From Fonticula-like sp. SCN 57-25 (Eukaryota): a stretch of 64,000 bases of DNA. The translations under genes and the position numbers were made by a program. Positions 61,890 to 64,000 of this stretch are shown here, piece by piece; position 1 is the stretch's first letter; each line of letters begins with the position of its first letter. The stretch is from positions 1 to 64,000 of the forward strand of contig MEDX01000005.1 of NCBI GenBank assembly GCA_001724245.1. The letters run 5' to 3'. Below the pieces are notes generated by a model, which was not told where the DNA came from, did not search any database, and saw only the letters and a program-made list of their open reading frames with translations.

Positions 61890-64000
61890 TCAAACGATCC
61901 CAAGTCCCTCCTTCAACAGCTGCTTTTCGCGGAGTATCCGATTCTTCTCAAACGACTCGAACGCGGCCAGTCTCTTTGGGGAGCTCTTGTCGACGACCGA
62001 CCTGAGCTCGGCCTCGAACGGATCGACCTTGAGCGCCAGCTGCTTCTTCCGAATCTAATCTGGTCGTGAGTCTTTGAAAACAAAAGAGCTCGAAAAAGTG
62101 CGCACCGCTGCCGCCTTTTCGGCCGCCTTCACGCGCCTCGCGGACCGCTCCTCAAAGGTGAGCGACGCCCCACCGCTCGAGATACCGAGCAGCAGCGCAT
62201 TGCGAAGGTCCGACTCGCTGAACTCGTCCGGAAGAGGCGGCGGCACAAAGTCGAGCGGCACAGCCGAAACATTCGCCTTTAGCACAGTCACCTCGGACAG
62301 CTTCTCCATGAGCTCGCTGAGCTCTGCGTGGTCGTCGTCCAGGTCGTTGAACTGCTGCTCCTGCTGCTTGAGGAACTGCTGCTCGGACGCGATCATCTGC
62401 AGCTCCTGCTCCCAGTGCTTCTTCCACCGCGACTTGCTTCCCTGCAGCTGGGAGCTCAGACCCGCCAGCATCTCGTCAAGCTCGCCAACCTGGGTCTGCA
62501 GCGACTGCACGTAATCCTAGAGAGGAAAAGCACGCAATGTCAGTAATAGCAGCGGCACAATGCATTAGAAAAGGGCGCGCGTACCAATGCCGGCTTGACA
62601 TGTCGCTTGGTGACGTCATCACGGAGTGTCTCGATCGCGTACTTGAGGTCGCCAAAGATGTTATGGACAAGCTCTGACTTATCGGCGATGGCGTCCTTTT
62701 CGACTGCAACCTGTCGCGCGGGGACAAGCTTCATACCGCTGAGTGTGGTAAGCACTTGCTTGACGCTCGCCATATCGCGCCGCGATGCCTTGCGCATCTG
62801 CGTGACGTCGTGGTACACGTCGGCAAGCGACTCGCGCAGCTCGGCGAGCGCCTCCTGCTGCGGCGCAAGCTCCTCGAGCAGCGCCATGGGCACCACGTTG
62901 AGCGCCGGCAGCGAGGCAGCGGCGACGGCTGGGTCCGCGGGGGCGGCCGACGACCCACCGCGGGCCGCAAGGAGCAAATCCGCGTGGATGCGGCTAAGGT
63001 CGCCGCGCAGAACCTGCAGCTCGTCGGTCGCAACGGACGCGGCGGCGAGGGCACCGGCCGACGAGCGCAGCAGATTGACAGCCTCGCTCAGCTCGAGCAT
63101 ATGCCGCCGCGCAGAGTCCTCGGACGCGGACGGGCGTGCGCGCACAATCGCGCCCTCCGTCAAAAATCCGACGTTGTCCAGGTCGTAAAAGAGCGGATCC
63201 GCGGGCGTCTTGACCTGCAGCTCGCTCACGCGCACGCCCTTGGCGCCCACATAATCGCCCAGCAGGGACGCGAGCGTCGAGAGAACCTCATCGCGCGGCA
63301 CAGCGTTGAGCGCGATGCGCTTGACAACGCTCCCGTGTTCCAAAAAGAGCTTGCCGAGCGACACCGACGGGACGCTGGAGGTGGCGCCCATCGACAGCAG
63401 CGACGACGAGCTGCTCCAGACGCCGCTCGAGGCTCGGCCGATCGGTGAAGCGGCCCCGCGGGGGTACCCGGCCATCATGCTCATCCGCTTCGAGGCCATC
63501 AACGCGCGCCTCTCGGACGTCGGCGTCGACGAAGACGTCGACTGGAGCGAAGGCATCGAGGAGCTCAGCGGCGTCTGAGAGAACGACGCCTCTTGCTTCA
63601 TTGAGGCGGCCGCAGAGTCGTCCGCTTCGGTAGAGTCTGAATCAGTGCTCGTGTTCACAGACAGGCCAGCGGGCCGCGCGGCAACGCCGTTGCTCGAGGT
63701 CTGTCCCGCGGCGGCCGAGATGGCGTCCTCAAGCACGCTCGACCGCCGGCCGCGATCGTGCGCGGGTGACGGCGCCTCGTCCGCCGGCGCGACAATCGGC
63801 GTGATCCGCGAGGCCGCCTGCACCGCGGCAAGCAGCGTCGTCGACACGAACGCGTCCGAGTACTCAATCGCCGCGCGGTCAATGGCGGCGCGCGCGGCGG
63901 CGGGGACAGTTGGCTCAGCTGCCATCTCTGACGGAGCCGGCGGAAACGGCTCCTGCTTCGGCGACGCGCTCGGCTCCGGCTGAACGGCAGCCGGCTCCTC
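61890..64000 (-). CDS. BUD6: Actin-interacting Bud6/Aip3-family protein (frame open past the right edge)
   Basis: DLKYAIETLRDDVTKRHVKP and KSRWKKHWEQELQMIASEQQFL match the AIP3 domain; two introns. Confidence 0.8.

Overview
Gene-dense eukaryotic DNA with GC-rich exons and short AT-richer spliceosomal introns. I can support about 35 protein-coding genes, mostly housekeeping: NSUN5, LAMTOR5, RPL27A, COX20, WDR26, VPS54, BCAS2, RPA2, COMMD10, acetyl-CoA carboxylase, ferredoxin, DIPP Nudix, eIF3g, BLOC1S1, CSL4, IST1, TRAPPC2, U1C, CENP-W, HECT E3, D2HGDH, TEN1 and Bud6. The mix of fungal-type genes (Zn2Cys6-PAS factor, Bud6/Aip3, PBY1-type SurE) and genes familiar from animals (COMMD10, LAMTOR5, a pentameric ligand-gated channel) suggests a unicellular opisthokont such as a nucleariid or early-branching fungus; this is inference. 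Notable points: (1) near-universal GTRCG (+4C) splice donors together with a divergent U1C zinc finger; (2) a Cys-less pLGIC; (3) very short bidirectional promoters carrying shared E-box/CRE motifs; (4) a degenerate 12-bp repeat lying in frame in unrelated exons; (5) a 56.4-60.3 kb island of scrambled Ty3/Gypsy relics next to a frameshifted trypsin-like protease. Exon boundaries were read by eye and family calls come from remembered motifs; no database search was run.
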